Positions 7,450-17,546 of a stretch of DNA of 59,531 nucleotides are shown here, piece after piece. The DNA is from a virus (lineage: Duplodnaviria > Caudoviricetes): positions 1-59,531 of IMG/VR virus record IMGVR_UViG_3300021959_000043; one strand, written 5' to 3'. The notes beneath the pieces are model-generated. The model was not told where the DNA came from. It saw only the letters and a program-made list of their open reading frames with translations, and made no database searches. The position numbers were made by a program, and so were the translations under genes. Positions within the stretch are counted from its first letter, which is position 1. Each line of letters starts with the position of its first letter.

Positions 7450-10400
7450 ATGGCTTTAAATTTTTTAAGTAACGGAATTTTTGCAGGTGATGTAACTATA
7501 CCAGAATATATATATCATACTGGTAATACCTCACAAGACAAATTTGGTTTTGCTGGTAATGACACTTTTGTTATATCAACTAACGGAACTGACAAATTTA
7601 CAGCTGACGCTAATTCTGCTATATTATTAGAAGCTGGAATAACTAAATTACAAACCACAAGCACAGGTGTTGGTATAACAGGAACAGCTACGGCTACTAC
7701 ATTCTCAGGTGCTGTATCAACTGGGAATGTTGACGGACAAGCAAATATTCCTTTTAAGCTTAGTGTTGACTATAACTCTTACATGGTGGCTGCTGCTGGT
7801 ACTACTTGGGGATTGTTTTGGGCTGGAAATTCTGGGGCAAGATACGGTACAAATGGAAATGGCGGTCCTGGTAATATATGGGGAAACAGTGGTAATCCAA
7901 ATGAATTTGTTTTTGTAGGTGGTGATAGTACAAGATGGACAGTTAATGGCAATAGTGGTGATACTTGGCAATCCGGAGATATATACGTTGGTGGTGGTGA
8001 TATAATTTTATCAGGTACAGGACGTATTCAAGGTGTAGATACAGTAAGTGCTAATACAGACGCGGCTAATAAACTTTATGTAGATAACGCTGTGGCAGCC
8101 TCTCCTCAAGGTACGGTAACTATTAGTGGCACTCCAGTTAATAATCAATTAGCCGTATGGACATCTGCTACAAGCATAGAAGGTGAGTCAGAACTAACAT
8201 ATGATGGTAATACATTTACAGTAGGTGGAACAGGTAATACTACAACTTATTTAGATGTTATAGGTACCAATACAGCAGGAGCACCAGCTACAGCTGCTGC
8301 AATAAGAATATACGGTTACGAAGGAAGAGGTGAAGGAATATTTTATTATGATTCTGCTTACGCTAGTTCAGAGTGGTATAGCGGTGTACCTTATAGCGGC
8401 GGTGACACTTGGCAGATTGGACATGACACGGGAGGTCAAGCACAATATACTGCTAATGCTCTTTTAAGATTTACTACAGCTGGCGCCGCAACTTTTTCAG
8501 GTAATATTACAATGTTGCAAACATCAGGTAATAACACGCTTACTATAGATAGCTCAGGCGGTGGTAACCCTGTAATATATTTAGAAGATCCAACTCGTAA
8601 ATGGGGTCAATTTGTTGCAAGTGGAGATTTATATTTTAAAAATGAAACCACAAATGTAAATACATTATTATTAAGCGGTAGTGATGCAACTTTTGCAGGT
8701 TCTCTTACTATACCAGATTACGTTATACACGCTGGTGATACAACCACCCGTTTTGGTTTTGCGGCTGCTGATACTTTTCAAATAGATACTGACGGTTCAT
8801 TAAGATTTGGGGTAAACAATAGCGGTATGAAATTAGGCGGTGCCAACGCTAGGGTTACAACAATATATGATCAAGACAACATGTCTAGCAATAGCGCAAC
8901 GGCGTTAGCTACGCAACAAAGTATAAAACAATATGTAGATACTGCGGTTTCAAACGCTGGTACAGTAACTGGAACTGGTTCAGCTGGAAGAGTTGCTTTT
9001 TGGAATGGTACAAGCGCCATAGCTTCTAGTTCAAATTTATATTGGGACAATGCAAGTGCTGAACTAGGGGTTGGAACAAGTTCCCCAACTACTTCTTTTA
9101 CAATTCAATCTGGTCACAGTACAACACGAGCAAACTTATATTATAATGGAAGTACTAACGCAAATAATGCTTATATAGACATGTGGGCCTCTGAACCAGG
9201 TGTTACTTATAACGGTTCTGGTATTGGTTCAAATATAAATGGATCTCCTTATTATGGAAGAAAAGTTACAGAACAAGGGCAAACATATATAAGATTTATT
9301 GACGGTCAGTTTGAAGTTTATACTGGAACAAACTCTTCTGGTACAAGTTCAACTGCGGTAAGAAGATTATATATTGAAGATAACGGCTTAGCTACATTTT
9401 CAACCACTCCAGAAGTAGGTACAAGATCAGTTGGTGATAACACAGGCAGAGCGGCATCAACAGCCTTTGTAACAACTGCTATTGGAAATGTAGATACAGG
9501 CGTTCAAAGTGTTAGCGATGATGGAGGCTCAACAATAAACGTAAGTGGTTCAACGACTCAACGTGTAGTAACAGCCGTAACAGGTGCAGTAAGTTCATCT
9601 TCTGCTAATTTAGCAACTGGAGCGCAGATACAAACAGCTATAAATACAGCTATAGGTACAATACCTTCAGGATTAGCATTTGAAGGAAACTGGGATGCTA
9701 GCACAGGTAATCCACCATCTTCATCGCCAAGTAATGGTCAATTTTGGATTGTTACAGTTGCTGGTTCAACTAGTTTAAGTGGAATTACTGATTGGAAAGT
9801 TGGTGATTGGGCTATATACGTAGAACAAGGAGCAGGCACAGATGCTTGGCAAAAAGTAGATAACACTTCTACACTATCTGGTGATGGTGTTGCAAACCAA
9901 TTAACATACTGGACTAGTACATCAAATGTAGCAGGCGACACAGGTTTAACATACAATGCTTCAACAAACAAATTAACTGTTGCTGGAAACTTAAGTGCCG
10001 CTGGATATAATATATTTGGATTAGGTTTATCAACAGGTTCTTGGTATGGTGATTTAGGCAGCAATGGTTATACCCGTGAAACTGGATTGCAAATGACAAG
10101 TGGTTCTGAGTTTGTTGTTGTATCTAAAAACGGGCAAGGATCTACTTTAGTAGATGGTGCTTATTTAGCTTATGAAAGTGCAAATGGATTTTTTGGTTCT
10201 TATAATTCAACCTATGGTAATTTAACAGGAATAAGAGCTACAGCAGCAAATACTTTAACAGTAACACAACTTGATGGCGGGACTGCTAACTTAGCTATAA
10301 CAAGTATTGCAAACGCTACTACTGACACTGATAAATTCTTAGTATCAGACAGTGGAGTTGTTAAGTACAGAACTGGTGCGCAAGTGCTAAGTGACATTGG

Positions 10401-13400
10401 TGCACAAGCATCTGGAAATTACTTACCAGTTGCAAATCCAACTTTTACAGGAACACTTACAGGACCAACAGTTAGGGTTACATCAGGATTATCAGTTGAT
10501 GGCGCTATGCTTGCTGGTAATACTTTTTCTGATCCTGATTTAGTTTTGACAGTTTTAGATACCGATACAACACAATCTATAAGGGATAAAATAAATGACA
10601 CCACAGCTATAACAAAAGTTAGTGATAGCACAGCACCCGCACCTGGTGTTTTTGCAGTTGACGGCGCTAATTATCCACAAGGTTTTGGTCCTTTTTATAC
10701 AATAGACGAAGGTGATACATTTACTTTTGAATTTTGGGTAAAAAAAGAATCTGGCGCTGCTACATCAGCTCTATTATATGCAGGCTCTAATTTTTACAAT
10801 GCCTCAGGAACTTACCTAGGTAACTCACAAAGGTATTGGGGTGAATCTGGACTTCAATTGGCCAACTTTACTGATTGGTATCACGTGAGCGGCACATTGG
10901 GACCTACTAGAGGTAGTAGTACTAGTCAAATACCTACAACAGCTGTTTCTATGAGATTGTTGTTTTTATTTAATTATAATCCTAACGCGTCAATAGTAAC
11001 ACATTATTGTGGCTTAAAAGTATACAAGTCAAGTAAAACGGTAACTCAGTTATATAGAAAAACCTTAGGCAGTGAGGCTAACACAACACGAAACAGAGAT
11101 TTAGTAGTTGATCAAAACGGTGATCTTTATGGTAGCAATTTAACCATTACCGGTAATCTTATTGGTAATACTTCTAACACTACAGAATTAGGTACATATT
11201 CTACAGGTGCTATAAAAAGAATTAGGATGTGTCAAGGTGGTGAATTACACTTTGGTGATACTACTACTAGTGCACCTCTTGGTATAACTGAAGGTCAATG
11301 GAATAGTTTTAGTGACCAAGATAGGTTAAGTATTTATGGAAGAAGCTCAATCACCTTTTATGCAGGTTCAACTGCAGCAGTTTTAGCTGCCACATTACAA
11401 TCAACAGGGCTTACATTAAACACTATAACAAATGCTACTGCAGATACTGATAAATTCTTAGTATCAGACTCAGGTGTAATTAAATATAGAACAGGTGCAC
11501 AGGTTTTATCTGATATTGGCGCAGCTTCTTCTGGTTCTTTAGGTAATTACTTACCTTTAGCAGGCGGCACAATGTCTGGCACTATTAATTCAACCGCGAC
11601 TACAGCTCTTCAAATGGATGGAGCAGCATCAGCTCAAGGTATATTAATGCGAGCAGATTCATCAGGTACTTACCCTGTATTTTTAAGAGAACAAAATCCA
11701 GCTTCTGGAGGAGAGACTTCATCTTGGTTATTTAAAGATGCTGTTTCACCTTGGGGTATATGGCACAATAATCCAAATGATTCATTTGATTGGACTAGAG
11801 CTGGAAACAATCTTGGTATTGCAAATAATGTAGGTGGCGAAACAAATAGCGTTATGATTCGCTTAAGAAGCGCAGATGGTAGTGGAACTTTTGCTGGGAA
11901 CGTAACAGCCACGGGTGATGTAACCGCTGATCAATTTTTCTCTACCAACAATGGTAATGGACAAAACTATAAAATAGGAGATGATGTTTATATTGGTGAT
12001 ATTAATGTAGCTAATACGTTTAGAGTTCAAGGAGCACAAACTCCTGCTAATGGTTATATAACATTTGGTAATTCAAGCAACACCCAATTAGGTAGAGCTG
12101 GAACTGGTCCTTTAACTTGGGGTGGAAACTTTGAAGTTAGCGGAACAACAACCTTAAACAATCAGTTAACATTCCCATATGCATATTTAGGCGATTATAT
12201 TTATCACACCGGGGATGGTAATACTTATTTTGGTTTTCCAAGTAATGACATTTTTAGAGTTGTTACTGGCGGTACAGCAAGATTTGAAATAACTACTTCA
12301 ACTGTTAATGTAAGTAACGCATCTTTCAAAGCTTTAGGCGCTTTAGCTACAGGCCCTGGAATGGCTGAAACAGGAGTTGGATTAGGTCAAGCATCAAACT
12401 ATGCCCACGCTCAATTTAGTGGTTCCGCTGGTGGCTATATTGATTTTGCGGAACCTAATGTAGATTGGTCTGGTCGTATTATTTATACTCATAGTTCTGA
12501 TTCTATGGTATTTTATACAGCAACAACTGCGGTTTTAACGTTAGACAGCTCTAACAACGCAACTTTTACAGGCAATATTGTAATGGGTGATAATGACATT
12601 ACCGGTATAGATGAATTACTATGGAGTTCAGGAACAAAAATAGGAGACGATGGGGCTGGTTTGTTAAAATTAACATCTGCTGCCTCAACAGAATCTGGGA
12701 TACGATTTGATGATGCTGATGGGCAATTACAGGGATATGTGTACGGAGATGGTGGTGCAGCATCTTCTTTTGGTTTATTAGATGGTACCGGTCAATGGGC
12801 AGTAAGATGTTTGGAAAATCAATATGTAGAATTACGTTATGATAATGCTGCAAAGTTTCAAACTCTTACAGATGGAGTGTATGTAGCTGGAAAATTAGGA
12901 ATAGGAACGTCAACTCCAGACACAGATGGTTATGGTTATGCTGAAGACTTAGTTATAAAAGGAGGTGCTTCAGCTCAAGATGGTGCTGGAATTACAATAG
13001 CAGGTAACGGAAAAAGATATGGTGTCATAGCGTTTGGTGATGCCGCAGATGTTAATGCAGGTGAAATATTCTATGACCATAACATAAATGCTCTGTATTT
13101 TAGAACAAACGGTAGCGGTTATAATGTTTTTATTAACTCTGCTGGTAAAGTAACAGCTGGCGCAGCTACAAGTTCTAGTGATGGTTCAAGTACACTTACA
13201 ACTAAAGGCTACGTAGATGCTCATCCAGGTTCAGGCGGTACAGTAACATCTGTTGCAACTGGAGGCGGCTTAGATGGTGGAACTATAACAAATGCCGGAA
13301 CAATAGAAGTAGAATACGACGGTGTTCCTACTAACATAATACAATCAGGTTTTGATTTTACTGGAGATACTGTAGTATCAGGAGATTATATAATGATATC

Positions 13401-14475
13401 AGACCCTGGTTCAACAACTACTAATAGAAGAATTGGTTATGTTACTGTTGGTGATTTGCCTTTTACTAATAATTCAGGTGACATAACAAGTGTTACCGCT
13501 GGCACAGGATTAACTGGTGGTGGTACATCAGGAGGTGTAACTTTAAATGTTGATTATTTAGGTAGTGATAGTATTATAAAAGCAGCGCCAACATTAAGTG
13601 CTGCTGTTGCTTCATCTGATTTTTTACTAATGGCTGCTTCTAATGGTAATGTATTCGAAACAACTTTTAGTAATTTGCCGTTTGTGTCGTCAAATGATAG
13701 TACAGTTATAAGAACTACAGGTGGTCAAACACGTCAAGGTAATAATACATTTGCGGCTACAAGTACTAGTACTAGCTACACCAATGCAGGTGTAGAATTA
13801 AGAGAATCTAATTTATCAGGTTCTTCTGGAACTGCTCCATTTATAAGTTGGCATTGGGGCGGAGTTGTAGCCTCGTCAATGGCGATTGAAGCAAACGGTA
13901 CAATAGCTGTTAGAAACAATCCGGGAACTGCATATGAGAAATTTGCATGCGGTAATTTAACAGCTCACGGCGGCACCTTTGTTTTAGGTAGCGGCGGGGT
14001 TGGTGATATGTACATAGGTAATAACGCAACAAATAAGTATTTTAGGTTTCATACTAATAATAATCAGACCTACTTTGACATGAACTGCGGCACCATTAAC
14101 TGGAGAGAAGGAAGTTCAACTAGGTATTATTTTTATCCTTCGTCTGCTAACATGACTATCAATGGTACGTTGACACAAAACTCTGATGAAAGAGTAAAAG
14201 AAAATATAGTTGAAATAAACGATTGTATTGGTAAGGTTCAAGCAATGAAAGGTGTTTACTATAATAGAACTGATTTTAACACAGAGGTTACAAAGGTGGG
14301 TGTTATAGCCCAAGATGTTGAAGCTGTCTTACCAGAACTTATATTAGAAGCTCCTGATACAGGACTTAAGTCTGTGGCTTATGCAGAATTAACAGCTGTG
14401 CTAATAAACGCAATAAAAGAGCAGCAAGAAATAATAGAAGATTTAAAAACAAGAGTGCAACAATTAGAAAAATAA
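7450..14475 (+). CDS. long tail fibre / receptor-binding protein with C-terminal peptidase S74 intramolecular chaperone (2341 aa)
   Basis: G/T/S-rich modules, DAANKLYVD repeats; C-terminal SDERVKENI...GVIAQDVEAVLPELI...YAELTAVLINAIKEQ coiled coil. Confidence 0.9.
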   Translation: MALNFLSNGIFAGDVTIPEYIYHTGNTSQDKFGFAGNDTFVISTNGTDKFTADANSAILLEAGITKLQTTSTGVGITGTATATTFSGAVSTGNVDGQANIPFKLSVDYNSYMVAAAGTTWGLFWAGNSGARYGTNGNGGPGNIWGNSGNPNEFVFVGGDSTRWTVNGNSGDTWQSGDIYVGGGDIILSGTGRIQGVDTVSANTDAANKLYVDNAVAASPQGTVTISGTPVNNQLAVWTSATSIEGESELTYDGNTFTVGGTGNTTTYLDVIGTNTAGAPATAAAIRIYGYEGRGEGIFYYDSAYASSEWYSGVPYSGGDTWQIGHDTGGQAQYTANALLRFTTAGAATFSGNITMLQTSGNNTLTIDSSGGGNPVIYLEDPTRKWGQFVASGDLYFKNETTNVNTLLLSGSDATFAGSLTIPDYVIHAGDTTTRFGFAAADTFQIDTDGSLRFGVNNSGMKLGGANARVTTIYDQDNMSSNSATALATQQSIKQYVDTAVSNAGTVTGTGSAGRVAFWNGTSAIASSSNLYWDNASAELGVGTSSPTTSFTIQSGHSTTRANLYYNGSTNANNAYIDMWASEPGVTYNGSGIGSNINGSPYYGRKVTEQGQTYIRFIDGQFEVYTGTNSSGTSSTAVRRLYIEDNGLATFSTTPEVGTRSVGDNTGRAASTAFVTTAIGNVDTGVQSVSDDGGSTINVSGSTTQRVVTAVTGAVSSSSANLATGAQIQTAINTAIGTIPSGLAFEGNWDASTGNPPSSSPSNGQFWIVTVAGSTSLSGITDWKVGDWAIYVEQGAGTDAWQKVDNTSTLSGDGVANQLTYWTSTSNVAGDTGLTYNASTNKLTVAGNLSAAGYNIFGLGLSTGSWYGDLGSNGYTRETGLQMTSGSEFVVVSKNGQGSTLVDGAYLAYESANGFFGSYNSTYGNLTGIRATAANTLTVTQLDGGTANLAITSIANATTDTDKFLVSDSGVVKYRTGAQVLSDIGAQASGNYLPVANPTFTGTLTGPTVRVTSGLSVDGAMLAGNTFSDPDLVLTVLDTDTTQSIRDKINDTTAITKVSDSTAPAPGVFAVDGANYPQGFGPFYTIDEGDTFTFEFWVKKESGAATSALLYAGSNFYNASGTYLGNSQRYWGESGLQLANFTDWYHVSGTLGPTRGSSTSQIPTTAVSMRLLFLFNYNPNASIVTHYCGLKVYKSSKTVTQLYRKTLGSEANTTRNRDLVVDQNGDLYGSNLTITGNLIGNTSNTTELGTYSTGAIKRIRMCQGGELHFGDTTTSAPLGITEGQWNSFSDQDRLSIYGRSSITFYAGSTAAVLAATLQSTGLTLNTITNATADTDKFLVSDSGVIKYRTGAQVLSDIGAASSGSLGNYLPLAGGTMSGTINSTATTALQMDGAASAQGILMRADSSGTYPVFLREQNPASGGETSSWLFKDAVSPWGIWHNNPNDSFDWTRAGNNLGIANNVGGETNSVMIRLRSADGSGTFAGNVTATGDVTADQFFSTNNGNGQNYKIGDDVYIGDINVANTFRVQGAQTPANGYITFGNSSNTQLGRAGTGPLTWGGNFEVSGTTTLNNQLTFPYAYLGDYIYHTGDGNTYFGFPSNDIFRVVTGGTARFEITTSTVNVSNASFKALGALATGPGMAETGVGLGQASNYAHAQFSGSAGGYIDFAEPNVDWSGRIIYTHSSDSMVFYTATTAVLTLDSSNNATFTGNIVMGDNDITGIDELLWSSGTKIGDDGAGLLKLTSAASTESGIRFDDADGQLQGYVYGDGGAASSFGLLDGTGQWAVRCLENQYVELRYDNAAKFQTLTDGVYVAGKLGIGTSTPDTDGYGYAEDLVIKGGASAQDGAGITIAGNGKRYGVIAFGDAADVNAGEIFYDHNINALYFRTNGSGYNVFINSAGKVTAGAATSSSDGSSTLTTKGYVDAHPGSGGTVTSVATGGGLDGGTITNAGTIEVEYDGVPTNIIQSGFDFTGDTVVSGDYIMISDPGSTTTNRRIGYVTVGDLPFTNNSGDITSVTAGTGLTGGGTSGGVTLNVDYLGSDSIIKAAPTLSAAVASSDFLLMAASNGNVFETTFSNLPFVSSNDSTVIRTTGGQTRQGNNTFAATSTSTSYTNAGVELRESNLSGSSGTAPFISWHWGGVVASSMAIEANGTIAVRNNPGTAYEKFACGNLTAHGGTFVLGSGGVGDMYIGNNATNKYFRFHTNNNQTYFDMNCGTINWREGSSTRYYFYPSSANMTINGTLTQNSDERVKENIVEINDCIGKVQAMKGVYYNRTDFNTEVTKVGVIAQDVEAVLPELILEAPDTGLKSVAYAELTAVLINAIKEQQEIIEDLKTRVQQLEK

Positions 14476-14484
14476 AATAAAATT

Positions 14485-14865
14485 ATGGCAATTACTTATA
14501 AGTGGGAAATATCACAAATGAATGCTCATATTCAATCAGAAGGCGAAGACAATGTAATCTTTAGAGTGGAATATAATTACGTAGGTTACGAAGAATCCGG
14601 AGGTGTTACTTATACATTCAGTATTATGAGCTTTGAAGATTTTGTTTATGTAGCAGGCGAACCTTTTGTACCTTACGAGGATACTGAAGATTTTGAAAAT
14701 GTAGTTATTGGGTGGTTAGAAGATGCTGCAGATGTTTCTACAATGCAATCTCGCATAGCTGCAGATATACAGTCTCAAATTACACCAGTAAATGAAGAGT
14801 TGTATTTTACATGGCAAAATCCAACGCCAGTACCAACACCAGATGTTGAAGAAGAAGAGGAGTAG
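14485..14865 (+). CDS. acidic protein following the tail fibre (possible fibre assembly factor)
   Basis: ORF track; position after the S74 fibre. Confidence 0.7.
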   Translation: MAITYKWEISQMNAHIQSEGEDNVIFRVEYNYVGYEESGGVTYTFSIMSFEDFVYVAGEPFVPYEDTEDFENVVIGWLEDAADVSTMQSRIAADIQSQITPVNEELYFTWQNPTPVPTPDVEEEEE

Positions 14866-14885
14866 GTAAATATTACTAAAAACCA

Positions 14886-14900
14886 GTGATAATATAAATA
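14886..14900 (+). promoter_or_regulatory. late promoter-like motif upstream of the chaperonin operon
   Basis: GTGATAATATAAATA in an intergenic gap. Confidence 0.55.
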
Positions 14901-14951
14901 TACCCTGCTCGGGATAGAGCAATAACCAAAATTAATTTAAAACCAATACCG

Positions 14952-15272
14952 ATGACGTATTTTTATTACAAGACTAATACGTGGAATAGTCAACCACAAA
15001 TCTCCGAAGACCAAATAAAACTTTGGAAACATCTCTCAGAAAAGAAAAACTGGAGAATTGTTCAACTACCAAATGGATTCTTTCAAACAGAGCACAAAGA
15101 TTTTAATTGTGACTGTGATCCTGAAAAAGACACGTGCTGTGAAAACTGGCTAGATGTTACTAGAAGGGAAACAATTGAAGGAGCCGAGCAAGCTATAGAT
15201 AGTTCTGTAAGTCATTACTCTAAAAAAATAGAGTATACTAAAGGGCCAAAGGTTGTAAAAACATTTAAATAA
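14952..15272 (+). CDS. hypothetical protein (106 aa), first gene of the chaperonin operon
   Basis: ORF track. Confidence 0.75.
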   Translation: MTYFYYKTNTWNSQPQISEDQIKLWKHLSEKKNWRIVQLPNGFFQTEHKDFNCDCDPEKDTCCENWLDVTRRETIEGAEQAIDSSVSHYSKKIEYTKGPKVVKTFK

Positions 15273-15304
15273 AAACAATTTAATTCAATTTAATTTAATT
15301 CAAA

Positions 15305-16858
15305 ATGTCAGACAAAATAGTAAAAAACCTTAGTTTTGGAAAACAAGCTAAGGAAGAGGTTTTTATTGGTATAGAAAAACTAGCAAAAGCTGTTAGCTCA
15401 ACTTTAGGAGCTGGTGGTAGTTGCGTTTTATTAGAAGACCAGTTTGGAAACCCAATGATAACAAAAGATGGAGTTACAGTCGCTGAAAGCGTAGTGTTAA
15501 GAAACCCAGTAGAAAACTTAGGTTGCAACTTATTAAAGCAAGCTGCAAAAAAAACTGTAAAAGAAGCGGGAGACGGCACTACCACAGCCACTGTTTTAGC
15601 CTACGCAATACTGCAAGAGGCTTATAAAGTACAAGAAAAAACAAACAATAGAGAGTTAAAAGAAGGTATAAACAAAGCTGTTGATGAGGTTATAGAGTAT
15701 TTATGTAAAATATCAAAACCCATAAAGAATAACATGGTTAATCAAATAGCTACTATATCTACTAATAATGATAAAAAACTAGGTAACTTAATAGGTGAAG
15801 CTTTTAAATCTGTAAATAATACAGGTGTAGTAATGATGGAGCAGTCAGACTCTGATAAAACAGAGTTAGAAACAATAGAAGGCTCTCAGTATTTTAAAGG
15901 ATTATTAAGCCCTCACTTTGTTACTAATAAAATTAAAAAAACAGCAGAACTAAACAACCCTTTAGTTTTGTTGATAGAAAATAACGTTGAAAACATAAGA
16001 CAAATACAAAGTGTCTTAGAATATGTTATAAAAAATAATAAACCATTATTAATTATAGCTGACTTAAGCCCCGAGGTTTTATCTGCTTTAGCAATGAATA
16101 AAACTAAAGGTAACATAAAAGTAAACGTTATATCAGCACCAGTTTTAGGTGTAAACAGAAAACAAATGTTTGATGATCTAGCGCTTCTAACTGGCGCTAC
16201 TTTAATAAACGAGGATTTAGGTGACGATATGGATTTAATTGAAATAGAACACTTAGGAGCATGTTTTAAATCAATAACTAGCGATCAAGATACTATACTT
16301 CAGTTTGAATCTCAGAATAACGAGTGCTTTGAAATAATTAAAGACATAAAGAAAAAGCTTTTAACATGTAAGATACCTGATCAAATAATAAGTTTAGAAA
16401 AAAGATTAGCAATGTTATCTTCAAAGATAGCTGTAGTAAAAGTAGGTGCTAATTCTGAAATAGAACTTAAAGAGAAGATGGATAGGGTTGAAGATGCTAT
16501 TTGTGCTACAAAAGCCGCTGTTAAAGAAGGTATTGTTCCTGGAGGTGGTATAGCTTTGTTAAATGCTTCTAACCATATAAATGCAGAAACTATTGCAGGT
16601 AAGGTTTTAGCTAAAGCTATTAAAGCTCCTTACGAAACAATACTAACAAACGCTGGACTAAAAATAAATTATCCAAAAAATGATTGTTTTGGTTTAGATG
16701 TGGTTACAGGAAATATGGTAAATATGACTAATCAAGGAATAATTGATCCCTTATTAGTTACTAAAAGCGCTTTAAAAAATGCGGCTTCTGTGGCAACAAC
16801 TATTTTATCTACAAATTGTGTAATCAATAATTTAAGAATAGATGAAAGCAATAGGTAG
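15305..16858 (+). CDS. groL: phage chaperonin GroEL (Cpn60)
   Basis: ITKDGVTVA, AGDGTTTATVLA, DRVEDAICATKAA, GIVPGGG, IIDPLLVTKSAL motifs; no GGM tail. Confidence 0.97.
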   Translation: MSDKIVKNLSFGKQAKEEVFIGIEKLAKAVSSTLGAGGSCVLLEDQFGNPMITKDGVTVAESVVLRNPVENLGCNLLKQAAKKTVKEAGDGTTTATVLAYAILQEAYKVQEKTNNRELKEGINKAVDEVIEYLCKISKPIKNNMVNQIATISTNNDKKLGNLIGEAFKSVNNTGVVMMEQSDSDKTELETIEGSQYFKGLLSPHFVTNKIKKTAELNNPLVLLIENNVENIRQIQSVLEYVIKNNKPLLIIADLSPEVLSALAMNKTKGNIKVNVISAPVLGVNRKQMFDDLALLTGATLINEDLGDDMDLIEIEHLGACFKSITSDQDTILQFESQNNECFEIIKDIKKKLLTCKIPDQIISLEKRLAMLSSKIAVVKVGANSEIELKEKMDRVEDAICATKAAVKEGIVPGGGIALLNASNHINAETIAGKVLAKAIKAPYETILTNAGLKINYPKNDCFGLDVVTGNMVNMTNQGIIDPLLVTKSALKNAASVATTILSTNCVINNLRIDESNR

Positions 16859-17102
16859 AAATTTAATTATAGATATAAAAAAAGAAGGTACAACAACCAC
16901 AAAAGGTGGTTTACTTCTTTCAGAAAATCAAAAAGAAGATTTAAGATACAGAGAAGCTAAAGTAATTAGTGTAGGCTTGGATGTAGAGGGAGTTAAAGAA
17001 AAAGATGAAATATTTTTTGATAGGCACGCTGGTCATAAAATAGAATTTAATAAAAAAATATACCACATAATAAAATCACAAGATGTGGTCGTTGTTAAAT
17101 GA
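16842..17102 (+). CDS. groS: co-chaperonin GroES (Cpn10)
   Basis: TTKGGLLL mobile loop, AKVISVG, VKEKDEIFF; overlaps the groL 3' end. Confidence 0.9.
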   Translation: MKAIGRNLIIDIKKEGTTTTKGGLLLSENQKEDLRYREAKVISVGLDVEGVKEKDEIFFDRHAGHKIEFNKKIYHIIKSQDVVVVK

Positions 17103-17545
17103 GAAAGCTAGATGCAGATGATTTGAAAGAATTAAACCTGCTAAAACATTACCGTATAATACGCAAATGGGCTTGTAAAAACAACGGCTTAACAGATGCT
17201 GAGCTTGAGTTATTGATATATTTAGATTCTATAGAGTACTTTACTAAAAAAGATTTTATAAAAGGTACTTATTCATACAGTTGGAATAATAGAAGATGGA
17301 ATAAGCTTAAAAACAAAGATTGGATTGTTGTTTGGAGAAATAGAAATAGAACAACTCAAAAATATAATATATATAAAGTATCTTTTAAATTTAAGCAACT
17401 TATTAATAAAATATACAAAATAATGTTAGGTGAAGAAGATATACCTACTAGCATTAGAAGAAATAACATTATAAAATGCAAAAGTTATACTGATAAAGTA
17501 CTTACAAAAGCTATTTATAATGTTAATAAAGATAAAAATAGATAA
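17099..17545 (+). CDS. basic protein, possible winged-helix (MarR-like) DNA-binding fold
   Basis: GLTDAELELLIYL...KLKNKDWIV...IYKVSFK pattern; ATGA-coupled to groS. Confidence 0.55.
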   Translation: MRKLDADDLKELNLLKHYRIIRKWACKNNGLTDAELELLIYLDSIEYFTKKDFIKGTYSYSWNNRRWNKLKNKDWIVVWRNRNRTTQKYNIYKVSFKFKQLINKIYKIMLGEEDIPTSIRRNNIIKCKSYTDKVLTKAIYNVNKDKNR

Positions 17546-17546
17546 A

